A stretch of DNA of 64,000 bases from Schizochytrium sp. TIO01. Its lineage: Eukaryota > Protista > Bigyra: Labyrinthulomycetes. Below, piece after piece: positions 43,883-57,400 of the stretch. The notes under the pieces were generated by a model that was given only the letters and a program-made list of their open reading frames with translations, was not told where the DNA came from and did not search any database. A program made the position numbers and the translations under genes. The stretch covers positions 1,364,001 through 1,428,000 of the forward strand of contig SMSO01000036.1 of NCBI GenBank assembly GCA_004764695.1, read 5' to 3'. How positions within the stretch are numbered: position 1 is the stretch's first letter; each line of letters opens with the position of its first letter.

Positions 43883-44190
43883 TCTTCTTTCCAATATCGC
43901 GCTACGAGCGAAAACTTGGGGCCGAAAGGAGGCGCTCAAGCCGGTGGATTGTTCGTGGCGCTGCTCGCAAAGCCCTTCTCAGCGCCGAAGCCGGCCGCCC
44001 GGAAGACGAACTGCACATGCCACAATGCAGCCGGCGCAGCCGAGAGAATCTCTCTTGCAACAGGAAGACAGCCAGCCTCGAGCCCAAAGCACGCGAAGAG
44101 GCGTCGAAGGAGCTACGATATGCATTGCACATGACATTATTGAGAGGGATTACAGTGCTTTCCTTTCTGTGGTCCTGCTCTCTTTTTTTG

Positions 44191-44345
44191 CTTGAATGAA
44201 TGAATGAATGAATGAATGAATGAATGAATGATTGTAATCGAATGAATGAATAAATGATCGATTGTAATTGAATGAACGAACGATCGATTGTAATCGAATG
44301 AATGAACGAACGAACGAACGAACGAATAAACGAATGAATAAATAC
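44191..44345. repeat. Compound (GAAT/GAAC)n microsatellite with three embedded GATTGTAAT(C/T)GAATGAA units
   Basis: Seen directly; embedded units at about 44230, 44260 and 44286. Confidence 0.9.
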
Positions 44346-45909
44346 CTTTACCCAATATACATTTGGCTTTACTCAACTTTGTCTGATTCTGATTGCAAGA
44401 AGTCAAAGAAGCGAAGAGGGAAGGACATGGATGATTGCAACCGCAGTTGGAAAAGCAAACAGGTACCTGCCATGGCTACTGTTTTTGCTGTTTGGCCGTG
44501 GCGATCGCAATAGACCTCGCGGAAAGAGCGCCAACGGACTGAATTTTCTTCAGCGCGGGGGCTTTGAAGTAATAAAGGGAGGAGGCAGCGAGATTTACTC
44601 AGTGTTTCGGAGAGACCGCTCACTGACCGCGCAAGACAGAAACAGCATTCTCACGAAGCATTCGCGAAACTACTGACCTCGGTTTTCGTCTTCTTCAGTG
44701 ATGTTTGTTTTGAAACGCCACAGTCAATGTCTTCGAGCGGAATTCCCTGATTTTCAAGAGAAGAAAGAACTGAGAAGCGCTCAAACTACGAGGAAGCCTT
44801 TTCGATTCATTTTTTTCATGTTTGTTTGTTTGTTTGTTTATTTGTTTGTCATTTCTTGATTTGATCTTTTATTATTTTAAAATTACGAGTTGATAAAGCG
44901 TTTTCAGCCTGACGATCTCTATACTTTGAAAAACTATAAACTACTTCTATGAACATTATATTATGGATCACTTAAAAAGCGACACTCTTTTATTTATAAT
45001 TGAAAAGAAGAAAGCTTTGGTTTGTTTGGGTCCTTTCACATCGGCTTAACTTTCCTGTGGGAATCTGTTCACGTGAAGGACTAAATTTGATGAGAGTTTC
45101 TTCAGTTTCAAAGGAAAGGAGAAGAAGGAGAAGAGGAGAAGAGAAAGTGAGGATCTATAATTCCATGCATGCCGAGTCCAAAGCAGCTGAGAAGAAGACC
45201 ACACCATCCAGGATGGTGCGCCTCTGACACGGACCGTGCAGACCACCGTGTTTAGGACATCTCGCACGTGTGTCTCACATCTTCACCTCATGTGCAGTCT
45301 CAGACCTGCACGCATTTCTTCGAGCTCACTTGAAGGTCCAGTTCTCAGGTGGTTCAATTACAATTGTATAAATGCACTCATGACAGTCACTTACTAAGAG
45401 GTATGTATGTATATATGTATGCCAGCCAGCCTGCCTGCCAAGACAAAAGCGCACTCGCACTTTACTTTTTAATTTTCATAGCAATGCGAAGATTGCCGGG
45501 CCCGCGGGAAGCATACGAGTTCTTCAGCTCTGGAATATTGTGTGATCGAAGGCGAATTGAGCGCAGCGGTCCCATAGCTTGAAAGGTTTGAGGTGGACTC
45601 TTCAATGCCCAGCGACTTTTATCTATCGAAAGAGGCGTATCCCATTATAGCTATATACAGCCGAAGTTACATACTGGATAGCTGGGACCTTTGGGCTACA
45701 TAATTTTCATTTCATTTTAAACATTAACATTAAACATCTTTAAATGGAGTGTAAAGACTTTTGCATTCATAAACTTTGCTTAAATACTATGTTAAATATG
45801 TGAACTTCAATCCCGTGAGAGAGTTTCCTGCTCAAAACTCAAAAGAAGAGGTAGGTCATTTAGCTAAGACTCCATCTATTCCCCCAGACGACACTATTTT
45901 ATTGGTTTG

Positions 45910-45964
45910 AAATAAATAAATAAATAAATAAATAATGAAATAATGAAATAATGAAATAAATAAA
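45910..45964. repeat. (AAAT)n/(AAATAATG)n repeat
   Basis: aataaataaataaataaataaataatgaaataatgaaataatgaaataaa. Confidence 0.85.
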
Positions 45965-47196
45965 AGGGATAACGGTTCCTTAGCGTTCCTCACTTTCTGC
46001 ATTTGCGACGCGCGTGCTCAGCGACACAGGGAGGCTCCTTGCTCTTGCTGCCTTCGCCATAGTTTGTTGTCATTTCCACTTTTTTAATTTTACCTTTAAT
46101 CTCTCCATCACCTACCACTAGCATGGAGTATGGCAATTCTTTTTATTGCCCATTCTTTTCTTCTTGTGTGGGTATTTTTCAATTGAAAGAATAGATCAAG
46201 AAGAAAATAAAACACAACATAAGTTTGAAACTGCCTTCAGCACATTCACAGTAAAAGTTTTTTTGGTTTTTTACAAAGAATATATATATGTAACATAAAA
46301 ATGGTTATAATAAAAAGGGTTCTAACATGGGAGATATGGAGACCAGTGGATATGTAGTGTGGGAAATAGAATGCTCGAAGCGCGATCTGAGTTATCGCAA
46401 AGTAGTTCTTAAAGCTCAAACTGCTTATCGAGACTTTGCATTCAGTGCTTCGATCTTTTCGCCCCTCTAGTAGACTCCTTTCTTCAACGTAATGACAAAA
46501 ATTAAAGATCCTTCATCCGAAGCTTCGACGATTCCAAAGGACTAATCAGGTGATTGATTTTGATGCCAGGTGAAACGGAGATGACCCTTCCTTTCAAGTT
46601 GCTAGTAGATTTCCGACTCTCATGGAAAACGCTAGCTAGGGCTAGCACGATGAACGTATTCCTGCTCGTTCTCTCATGTACCGGTGGGAGCAAGGAGTTC
46701 TCTTCCGATTCCGCAAGAAACAGACCAGGATAAAGATCCCTTCATCTATAGATTTAAAGTTTTTAGAAGGAAAATTGGAAATAGTTTTTCCTTGGAGATC
46801 AAAACATTTTTCATGTCTTAAGTGGAATTTCGCTCTTTAGTTTTTAGATTCAATGATTTTGTTGAGGCACGAAAATGAGGATTTCTGTGATCTTTTCTTG
46901 GCCAAAGGCAGCCCAATCATATGAAAGTCTGCTCAACAGCGCTGCTCGCGAAGCGCACATGCCGAAGCACGTGTTTACTTTTTGTTGCAGAATTGAATAG
47001 CAAGCTTAGTCCAAGAGATGAGGAGCTTTCACACGCACACAATATTTCAATTCTCAAGGTCGGCAAGTAGCGTATCTCTTCTTGGCAGTGGCCAAATGAT
47101 TGGTTTGATAGAATTTGGTTGTGAAGTGATGAGACTTCTTGCGCTATTTGATGTCATGCACAACTTGAGGAGAGCGCTTAAGTGCAATGAGGTCGC

Positions 47197-47262
47197 ATTG
47201 TATTGAATTGTATTGAATTGTATTGTATTAAATTAAATCAAATTGAGTTGCATTGAATTAAA
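47197..47262. repeat. Degenerate pentanucleotide (ATTGT/ATTGA/ATTAA)n repeat
   Basis: attgtattgaattgtattgaattgtattgtattaaattaaatcaaattgag. Confidence 0.8.
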
Positions 47263-50200
47263 TTGGGTTGTGTGAATTGAGCTGCATTGATTCATATTGG
47301 ACCAAATGGCTGGATTGAACTCATTCATATACGAAGAGGCTTGCTTGCGGCGAGGAGTGTGCTGAGAATGGCGGATGAGAATCAAGTGCTGGTAATGTGC
47401 CAAAGGAGAAGCACCTTGGAAGCAACTTGGCGGTGATCCGCCTGTGCCAGCGTGCTTCTGTCGAGGTTTATAGAATAGCGCGAAAATTGAGAACACAGCT
47501 GGATAGCATGATCTATCGCACTTCAGATTTGAGGAAAACAAATGTGTGTATTCAATGAAATAAGGAAAGGTCAGGTAATCGTAACACAGAAGGTCTTCTT
47601 CTCCGAATGAATTTAGTTGCGAAAATAAATCTCAGATGTTTTCGACAGAGTGCCGAGGCTTCGCGCCTCTGCGCTGCCTCGGAATGAGCTCTGGACTCGC
47701 TCCGCGGGCTGTCAGTTCTTCTTCTTCCTCTTCTTCACATTACCTCAAAGGCAGTCTTTTGCCCTGGAACATTGCTTTAGTGTAAGTGGCTATCCTTGCC
47801 TACACAGGTCCTATGTTTTTGTTTCCATATTTTATCTTTTTCAATCTTAAAAGAAAGAAAGAAAATAAATAAATAAAAATTAAACATAAGAAGGCAAGCT
47901 TATGATGGGGTACTTACTCGCGATTGGGGGGAAACTTGCCGACCTCAGTGTCACCTCTCCGACTGACGACTTATGTTCGCAACGCTGCCTTTAAGCCTGG
48001 TTGCACCTGCTACTGCTGCTGCCGCTGCCTTAGTTCCAACCCGAGCGAGCCGGTAGGAGCAGTAGAGAGTCGGCGGAGACGAGCAAGCACGAGCAAGCGC
48101 CCACCGCCAAATTTTACAATTCCACATTACTTCCATCGCCTTTCACCCATAACCTCTTTATTACCTTCTGTGTTTGTTTCCATTCAGGTTTTTAATTTTA
48201 TAAAAGGCCAGGTGCTACATAGGAGTTCCTAGAGGAATAAGTAGAAGGGGATCGCAAATTACAATCCATCGAAAAAAAGCCTGCTCTGCACCACAGAAAC
48301 GCAAGACACATTTGCTGAGCTTACAGCCCAGATTTATTCACCCATTTGGAGCGAGCCACGAAAAGAAGGCTGACCACGCACCGCTTGCTTGCTGGCATTT
48401 TATTTGCGCATTCGCTTCAGCTCGCTTGATTGCTCAGGATGTGCGTGTGTTTATGTATAAGTTTGTAGGTTTGCTGTTTGTCTGTTTGCCAGTCGGCACG
48501 GAAAGCGGAGGGTTCATAGACACGGTTTGCGCTGCGGGAAAGGGCTGAGAGGGAACTATGCGGGCTCAGCTTTCCACACAGAAGCTGAGTCAAAGCTGCA
48601 GCTTGAGACCATGGAGCTAACTGCGACTGGGTCCGCATCGCAGTTTGGGCGTAGCGCAGAGGCGATGCTACGGAGAATCGTGCGATTGGAATTAGATTAT
48701 CGCAGATGATGTCTTTAGAATCCATTTGGTGCAAAAAGTCGAGAAAGTTTCGCCAGCTTTGGCCAAAGCTGGCGAATTTAAAGCGATACGCCAGAAACCT
48801 CGGACCATCGCCAGCAGCAAAGGCACTCGGATTGCAAGCTGGAGCTCGCTTGCGAATACTGCGTCGACTTGGACGCTGCCTGCAACGCCGATGGCACTGC
48901 GTTGAGTAGCAGCGTTGAGGGAGGCGATACTTTCTTGTGTACGATTATTTGAAGATGGTCCTCGAATGATTGATCATGAACAAGCGTGACCTTTTCAATA
49001 GAAAGAGTTTTTGAAGTTGATCAAATTACTACATGAGGATGGGAAATGGCTGCAGGAGGAAAATCAAGTGATCACCTTGGAAATGATGTAGTCTAGCCCT
49101 CTGGAAGCCAAAACCGGGAGGGCCATAGACTATCTTGGGCTATCTCAACCTCAATACAAGCAACTAATTGGCTTTCTCTTTTGATGCATCATTTATCAAA
49201 CATTCACTTAAGCAATAAGAGACAGCCACGTCTAATTCACCGGTACAGTACTCTAAGCCTGAAAGAAAACCATAAAAGTAAACTCAAGGCTTATAAAGGC
49301 AACACCGTCTTTAAAAACTCTCCTGGGATTGAATAACGACAGAGTTCGCACCTTCATCCTCCTTCTCACTTTCTAGTGAGACTCTTTCGTTAGCAGAATG
49401 GATTATTTTCTTTAACTATCTTTAGGTATAATATGTACACATATTTATTATAACTACTACTATTAAATGATTAAAATGTAATAAAGTTTAATACTGACTT
49501 TTACTATATCATATGTGTCTCATATGAGTAGTAATAGTAAAACAGAAATCTTCTCACTGGTCCCACGACCCTAAAATGTGCTTATCTATGTTATTACCTT
49601 CCCAAATTGATATAAATTATTTCGTCGTATCAATTATTTTAAAAGCGTTTTTTTTTTTGCGTGTCATAAGGGTTTTTAGTATCAGCTCAATAAATCAAGG
49701 TGACGATGATAGCCACCACCCAGCCACGACGATAGGGACATTCAGGTACGGACAAAACGTTGGAGGAATTCTGATTGCTGGTTAGCTGCCTGATTTAATT
49801 AAGGCAAGATCAACCGGGCGACTTATCGAGTTGTTTGTCCAACTGCTTGAAATATGGATTAGTGAAATTCAACGCTTCTTCAATCAGTCTTCAATTAGTC
49901 AGAAACAATACCACCAAGTACGCCCCGCTGATATGGCTGATGACGCTTTTGGCAATGCCAATAAATCGTCAGACATGCACTGACTATCCTGGCAGACGCC
50001 TTGGCCGTCCGAACTTTGCAACCAGCCGGTGTCAGTGTTTTGCGTCACCTTTCTGATCGTGACAATTCAGAGTGAGCCGCTTTCAACCTTCACGCGATCA
50101 CCGATTGTTACAACCCAACCCACTTTGTAAGCCCTCAATTAACAATTGCGAGCCCACTTACTCAGCCAAACCATCCTTGGTCGAGCAAACATAGGGAGAT

Positions 50201-51389
50201 GCTACGGCTGAGGATGACTCGATGCGGGAAGGTTGACAGTGACATATATACCTGCCAGAAAATCGGCGAAAACAATGGCGTAAGGCCCAAGGTCTCTGCC
50301 AAAAGTAGCATGACCTACCCGCGAACTCAGAATTCATTAGTCGCATCATCGAAGCGTACAGAATAGTCCTTGAGTCTTCCTCCTTACTGCCCACCTACAG
50401 CTAGTTCCTACATGGCCTATTCTCGCGTATGCTCCACAAGAATCCACTGTTGTTGATGGAAGGTTAGATTAGCTCAAGGTCTGACTTTGCAAACAAACTA
50501 AATCGTGGCAATGCCATGGAGGCTTTGTCGTTTTTTGATATCCTGCCAAAATGGCAGGGGATTCGATTATGATTTAAACTGGCAGATCAAATACCTCCCC
50601 AACGTAATGGAGAAAACCAATATAATCCTCGTGTTTGATTGCGTAGTGTGGAAAAGAATAAGTGAATGCCTCTTCATCAAAACCTTGCCTGTATGTCATA
50701 TTCGATGGTGAAATTAAAATTGCAATTTATTTTTCTAAATTAATCAGACTCGCCCCTATGATTGAATTTGGAAACTCACTACTTGTCACTGCATGTTATG
50801 CAATCCAGCAATTCTATAGTTTTGATCGTGTCTGCTGCTCTTTCGACTTCAAACGATGCATTGCATTGGCTTTTTTGGCATAGATAGAGTGAACGACCTA
50901 TCCATTATGTGCCTCATAATCGCGTAACTTCCTACCTCCTAGTATTTGTTCAAAGTACGAATAGAGTGACCCCATCACCGTGCCTATCATTACTACTACT
51001 TCTGATTACACTATTCTGTCTCTATACATAGAAGGTTTCTGCTTGCGCAAAGCACTGCCTCCATTGCGCCGCCAATCTCGCCTCGTTCTGCCTGCAATGG
51101 CTTAGATGGAAGTTAGAGAGTCCCTCTTATCCTCGCTGAAAGTTTTGAACTTCTTTAATTTTGGAAGGGGAAAGTATGTTTTTTGAATGAGGTGTCCCGT
51201 CAAACGAAATAAATAAAAATTTAAAGCTTTTTGGAACAGCTATCCTACTTCTAGCTCTTTTATTTGAATATTAGTTCTTTCTTTCTAGCTTGGTTGTCTT
51301 TCTTTATTTGTTTTGTTTATTGAAAGCATATTAGAAAATGGAAGAAACTTATCAGGAGCTCATGAAAGTTTTTTCATCTACTTTTAGGA

Positions 51390-51410
51390 GTAGGTAGGTA
51401 GGTAGGTAGG
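51390..51410. repeat. (GTAG)5 microsatellite at the edge of an AT-rich island
   Basis: gtaggtaggtaggtaggtagg. Confidence 0.85.
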
Positions 51411-54400
51411 AAGGTATTTATTAAAATAAAATAAATATAAGGTAACTTATTTTAAAATAGTTTATTATTATTTTATTATTGTTACTATTATTATTAAAAT
51501 AAAATAAAATTAATAAGCTAGTGGATTTCGGATTTTTGTTGATTGCTTTCTCCTTTGACTAATTTTAACCTTCCGGTTGCGCGGTTGCTTTCGTTTGCAA
51601 CCTCTGTAAGATTTTTAAAAAGAAATACGCCAGAACATGACGAAAACGCAGCAATTCAGAGATACTCACACTAAGCCATGAGTCCAGACGGATAGGTGGC
51701 AACTTAACAGTTTGGTTCCGGTGTCTCGGCTTGCAAGCTAGATCCAAGTAGTTTAACAGTGATAATAGAAGGCTTACAGTGCTCATCTCAAACAAGGGAG
51801 ACCCCGGAGTCATTAGAGTACTCTGTATGTGTTCGAATACCCCGCTCGTCGTCACAGCAGTTACAGTAGGTACCTATATACTCAGCTAGCCTGCGCATTG
51901 AAGTTCCATGCGTTGAACTTTTTCCATTGCTGAGCTGACCAACACTGTCAACAAAGAGTTGGATTGATCGAAATATGATGGGACTTAGTCACACCACAGC
52001 CCCTGATTTTGCAACATTCTCAGCAACAGTTTCCAAACTAACCACTCAGAACCAGAGCAAGAGAAATGCAAAATTTATTATGCTGTCATTAAAGGTTCAA
52101 ACATACCTTGTAATCACATTTTGATGAAGGAAAAGAACCCAGAGGAATGAGGTTATAAGAACCATTCTAAATCTTAGGAACCAAACTCAAGTGAGGGATG
52201 ATTGGTTGAGTGGAATGGACTCTGAAGTGAGCCATCGTCAAAAGAAACACTTGGGATACCGATGTATGCGCTGACTAACACCTGGAGGGTGATTTGAGGA
52301 CGAAGGTGTCATTTACAGCCTCTAATATTATAAGGGACTTCTCCACTTTAAAGCTTGAACTGCTGCCTTTATTTAATATCTATATTATAACTCAACTATT
52401 GGCCAAAAGTTGGATTCAATTCACTACTACATTTGATGACTTTAGGAAAACTACAATCCTGGCACGCAATTGTTGATTCTTTCTTTGCAGTACTTTGCAG
52501 TACTAGAACGCAACCCAAACAGGTTAACATTTTAACACTAGCAGGAGACAGCTTTATGCCTCTACGAGTGGATGAGTGTTAGACAACCACTCTGTCAGCA
52601 ATGTGTGCTTTGCTTGCTTACCAAAGAACCATCATACTCGGAAGTACTACCTAATACGCACCTGATTTGTAAAATAAATTTCCTTACCATCCTTTTTATA
52701 CACATTTTTCAATGTTATGGACTAAACCATAATGATGAGACGAACATCATTGAAGAACCGGACGGAATGCTCCGCAACACACTTCGAAGTTTAAGGTTCA
52801 CTCGCCGCGCGTGAGAGTAACCTACGTACTTTCAGAGTAAGTAAGAATACCCGCGGTGACGACGAGAGTGTGTATCCCCTTCTTCGAGCGAGCGAGTCAT
52901 CCAGGTCAAATTGAAGGATTTTGCAGACTGCCTATGATCAGCAATTGAATGCCTCGGGATTGTCTGCTGTGCACATGTTTCTCCAAAGTCTATGAAACTC
53001 TTAGAGCATCCCTTTTCCCTCTCCCGCCTGTTCGTCAACAAACGTGCAGATTCTGAACCAAAAGCGATGGTGCTAGAGTCCTTAAAAATTTCTCTTGATG
53101 AGTGGAGCACATACTTATTTGGTCAGAGTACCATGCAGAACCCTGCCTTCAAATTCGAACGTCTGGAAATCAGAGTCCGCAAAACAGTCAGCGAGCTGGC
53201 CCGGCCAGCATTTCTTTTAATCTTTACTAGAGTCGATATATGAATTCTGCTCGAACACTAGCATTCCCCACCATTGTCTCTTGCTGCAATGGTCTTATAA
53301 TATCCTCTAACTAGCAATTGGAGAAGGTTGTACCTCTAAAAGTAATGTAATGTTTTTGGAGGACAAATTGCTCGCGCGGTCTGTTCGTCTCTAACAAGGC
53401 GCGCGCCGCCCTCCTGTCACGGTGCAATTTGTAGGAGCAACTTCGAGAAACTAGAGATTTGCATGAATGTGATCAACATCAGAACTTAGCTTGGAAGGCT
53501 TTACGCTTCTACGTAATTCAATCACGCTCTACACAAAGCATCAGGCACCAGCTCTTGAGGCCAAGTGCAAATATATGATGTTTACGATGCGTACAACGAG
53601 CCACAGGATAAGTAAGACTCATGAGGACTGGGCTTGATTCTCAAATCCTGGTTCCTCATTACCTCATATGCAGTCTTTCAGTGGTTTCAATCCCACTCAT
53701 CTATTGTAAGAAAATCATTCCAAAGAATAGTAAGGCTGCCAAACGTTCAACTGTAGTTCGTATAAAACTAATGAGCAAGCAAACGGGCTTTTGCATTATC
53801 GTTGTTTGTGCAGGAACCTCTCTAATAAACACACCATCTTTTGCTGGATAAGCATGCGAACTAGATGTTATAGAAAATACCTTACCATTCTAGCGCATTT
53901 ACGCACCACGGTGTCCAAGAAGAGAAGAGTGTTGTATCCACAAACCGCGCCATTCTGGTAGTAAACTGATTAAATTCACGTTGTATGTTTTAGGATGCCA
54001 CCGCTAAATACAACAACTCATATCGATCGTATTTATTTACAAACGCAGGTGTATTGCACCCACTAACACGTGTTCCCCGCCGCTTCTGGATAAATATACA
54101 ACTAAGGAACGCCTCAGAACGGTTCCTTCTTTTGAGCGATAACAAACCTAACCAAACACACTTGCTTGAATATTCTTACGACTAGTCAAGCAGGCTCTTT
54201 TTGACCTTATTCAGCAAGGATCTGTTTTTTGAGATTCCTCGAGCAGTACTTCTGATAAGCCTTAATATTCATATGTAAAGCGACGCAAGCACCACTCGAA
54301 GCAATTGGAGCATATTCTTGCGAACACCGAGGTACAGATATAATCAATTTATAAATAGTTTTCAAATTTTATTTACAACGACAACTTTACATTTTTATAC

Positions 54401-57400
54401 CTACGAAGAAAATATTTTCATTTCTTTCTTAATTAATTAAAATCAAAAGATATAGAAATAAAAATGCTTCCTTAAATATATTAATAATACTCTCTAACAG
54501 AATTAGAAAGAATAGAAGTTCCAAATTCGGCTTCTAATCAAAATTTATTTTATGGTTTTTAATAATTATGTAACATGAAGTATTCTTTTGAAAGTTGATA
54601 TTTTTTAAAATAAAATGTGAAGTGGACTATTAAGCCACTAAAATATATTATTTTTTTGATAATGAAAAAGTGTAGTTTTATTGGGATGTCACTATAGACC
54701 ATGAACGGGACGGAACGGGTCAAAACTCTATATAAATATGCTATAATTTTCGGATAATAGATAATCACTTGCAAGTTTTTGAAACAATATGGTTTTGCAT
54801 CAGAAACTGCGCTCTGAGGTTGATCGATCTCTCAAGTATTGTATTCTAGAATCCTCTTGTTGGTAAGCCCGATATTTGGAGGACCAGAGATAATAATCCA
54901 GAAACAATTCTCAATTTAACGAATCGGCATGGATGCTATCACAGGGATTTTGCAAGAATAAAGCTGATAATCATGTAGACAAACTGAGATTAGATCGCAG
55001 GTAGGTTATCGCTTGCAAACCAAGGCTATGCGTACAGATAAAGTGGCCTTAACCAAGAGAATATAGAATTCCATCGGAGGCCATCTCTAAAGCTCATCAG
55101 AACTAAACTTGAAGTGGCCATGGAATTCCTGAAGAAATGCTTCACCACTCTATCGTTTGATATCTCTCAAGAATTAAAGTTGCCAAGTAACATTAGATTA
55201 CCCACCTCCAGAACACAACTAAGGGTGCGATATCATCCTGGTGAGTCAACAGGCCCTTTTTTTAATTACCTTTAATTTTTTTTAACATGTAATATTATAC
55301 AAAGAAAAAACTAAAAAAATTAAAAACGCTGTACTAAAGACAGAGCCAATCTGATAAACCATTCACACAAAGTAGAACATGTTAAGCGTTTGCATGGCCA
55401 AGTGGCTTTTTTTTACTCAGAAGGGGCACATGTTAGATGATATTCCTTTTTGAAAGTGCTCTATTTAATATAGTGATATATATATATATATATATAATAA
55501 GACTTCTTACATGGTTAATTACGTTCAAATCAGCCTCCAAAATTAAATAGCAAGTGAAGGCTTTAAACGCTATTGCCACTAAGTAATTCGAAAGAGGTCC
55601 CAAGCAAGAGAAAGTACTTCTTTTCCATTTTCATAGCATCAGTGATTCATACAATGTTGTATGCTAGAAGAAGGCATTAGTAGATGGCATTTCAAGAACG
55701 CTCGAGAGTTTACCTCATAGTATAGAATCACAGTATTTTGCAGTTTTGTCGTCCAGAGTAGTGAAAAACGCGTCCAGGTGCATACGTTTTCCAAGCCAAG
55801 TCACTACTCTTTTCATAGGAAAAGAGAGAGGTCTTCCCTTCTTTGAAAAGAACTTTATAATACTTTGTTGAAAGGTTTCGCGCTGTGCTTACAAATCCCC
55901 TAAATAACCTAATCCACTATGCTTCCGCGTGTTTGTCTAGGAGCTGACTAGAGAATCCTTCGTTTTAAAAATAGAAAGTCTTACACTTTTCTTATTGCCA
56001 GCCGTGAGAAAGGCCAGGGACGAGGCCATCTCGTTCCAACTCGTTCCTGGCGGATCTGAGTTTAGGACTTCTGTCGTGTTATTTCGGTCGGAGAACCTCG
56101 CCCACGTCTCCGGATTTACTTTCGGTCTTGGATGAAGCGAGATTGAGAGGTTTCTCAAGTGTATTTGGACACTTGGGCGACGCCTCAAACTTTGTTTTCT
56201 TAGAACCCGGCAGCTGGTGAGTGCCCTTTCGCCGTGATTCCTCAGTTCGGAAGGAAGGAAGGAAAACACGGCTTCGTTCGAAATTTGGGAGGAACAAAGA
56301 AATACACGACCACACGAACGAGAATGCAGAGTTGCTCGGACAAGGCACGAGCGGTTGTTCGCCTGGTATCAAATATTGGCAGCTAACTAATAATTTTTGA
56401 AATAAATGAAAAAGTCGCATATGGAGTTTAACATAAAACCTCTATCAATACTGTATTGCCTGCCTTCAGATTAGACTTCCCAGTCTACGCATGAGCGTAT
56501 CGATCGTCTACTTTCTCAACAATTGCGGGGTGATTTGGTGTCAAGAATAAGCCCTGCATTCTAATTATTGTCTCTCTCGAGCAGAGGATGCATTTCAAAC
56601 AAATGAGCAGTCAGAGAAGCTCTTGAAGCAGGGTATGTATAGCAGCATCAAATACCCCCAATCCAGCTCAAATGATGAAATATTCTTTCAAACTGGCCAT
56701 GGTAGCGCCCTCGTGGGGATATCGATAACAGAGAATTGACCGGGAAATACGATGACCAATTATGGTAGCTAGTTGTTGAGTTTGTCCAATCGCTGCTTCA
56801 CGCCTCCTAGTGGTAAAGTCTACTTGTTCGAAGGATTACTACAGCAACATTCCAAACAAGATAACAAGAATAGATATGCTCTGTGCTCTGATTTTCAATC
56901 TAAATTCAAGAATTGCACAGAATTTCCTTACAGTTTGGGCAGTTGAAAGTCTGCTGCTGTCATTAAAAAAAATGGAATCATGAATTAATTGAAGGACTAA
57001 GACTACTCATATTGAAATTTTTCAGTAAAACCTCGATCTATAGGTTACATACCTTCGGCAGCCTAGTTGTCAGAAATCTTTTTTAAAAAACTACTGGAAT
57101 TAGCTTTTAGAAATATGTGAGTGATTTCTGGACTTTGGTGCGCTCGACACTAGTTGCTTTTTCCTTGACATTGATATTCTCTGGTTGATTCTGTAGCAGA
57201 ATAACTGTCAACTTGCAAATTCTTCGAACCAGATGCGGCCTCCGAGTTGGCACATAAACAATTTCGTTCATACATAGTTTTGATTGTTTTGCCCACCCCG
57301 AAATTCAAGAGTACATATATTCACGACAGGGTGTTATCTTCAGCTTCCAAGTTGAAGAACCATTTGCGACAAATACCAGCTAGTAGGTAATAGGTCAATT

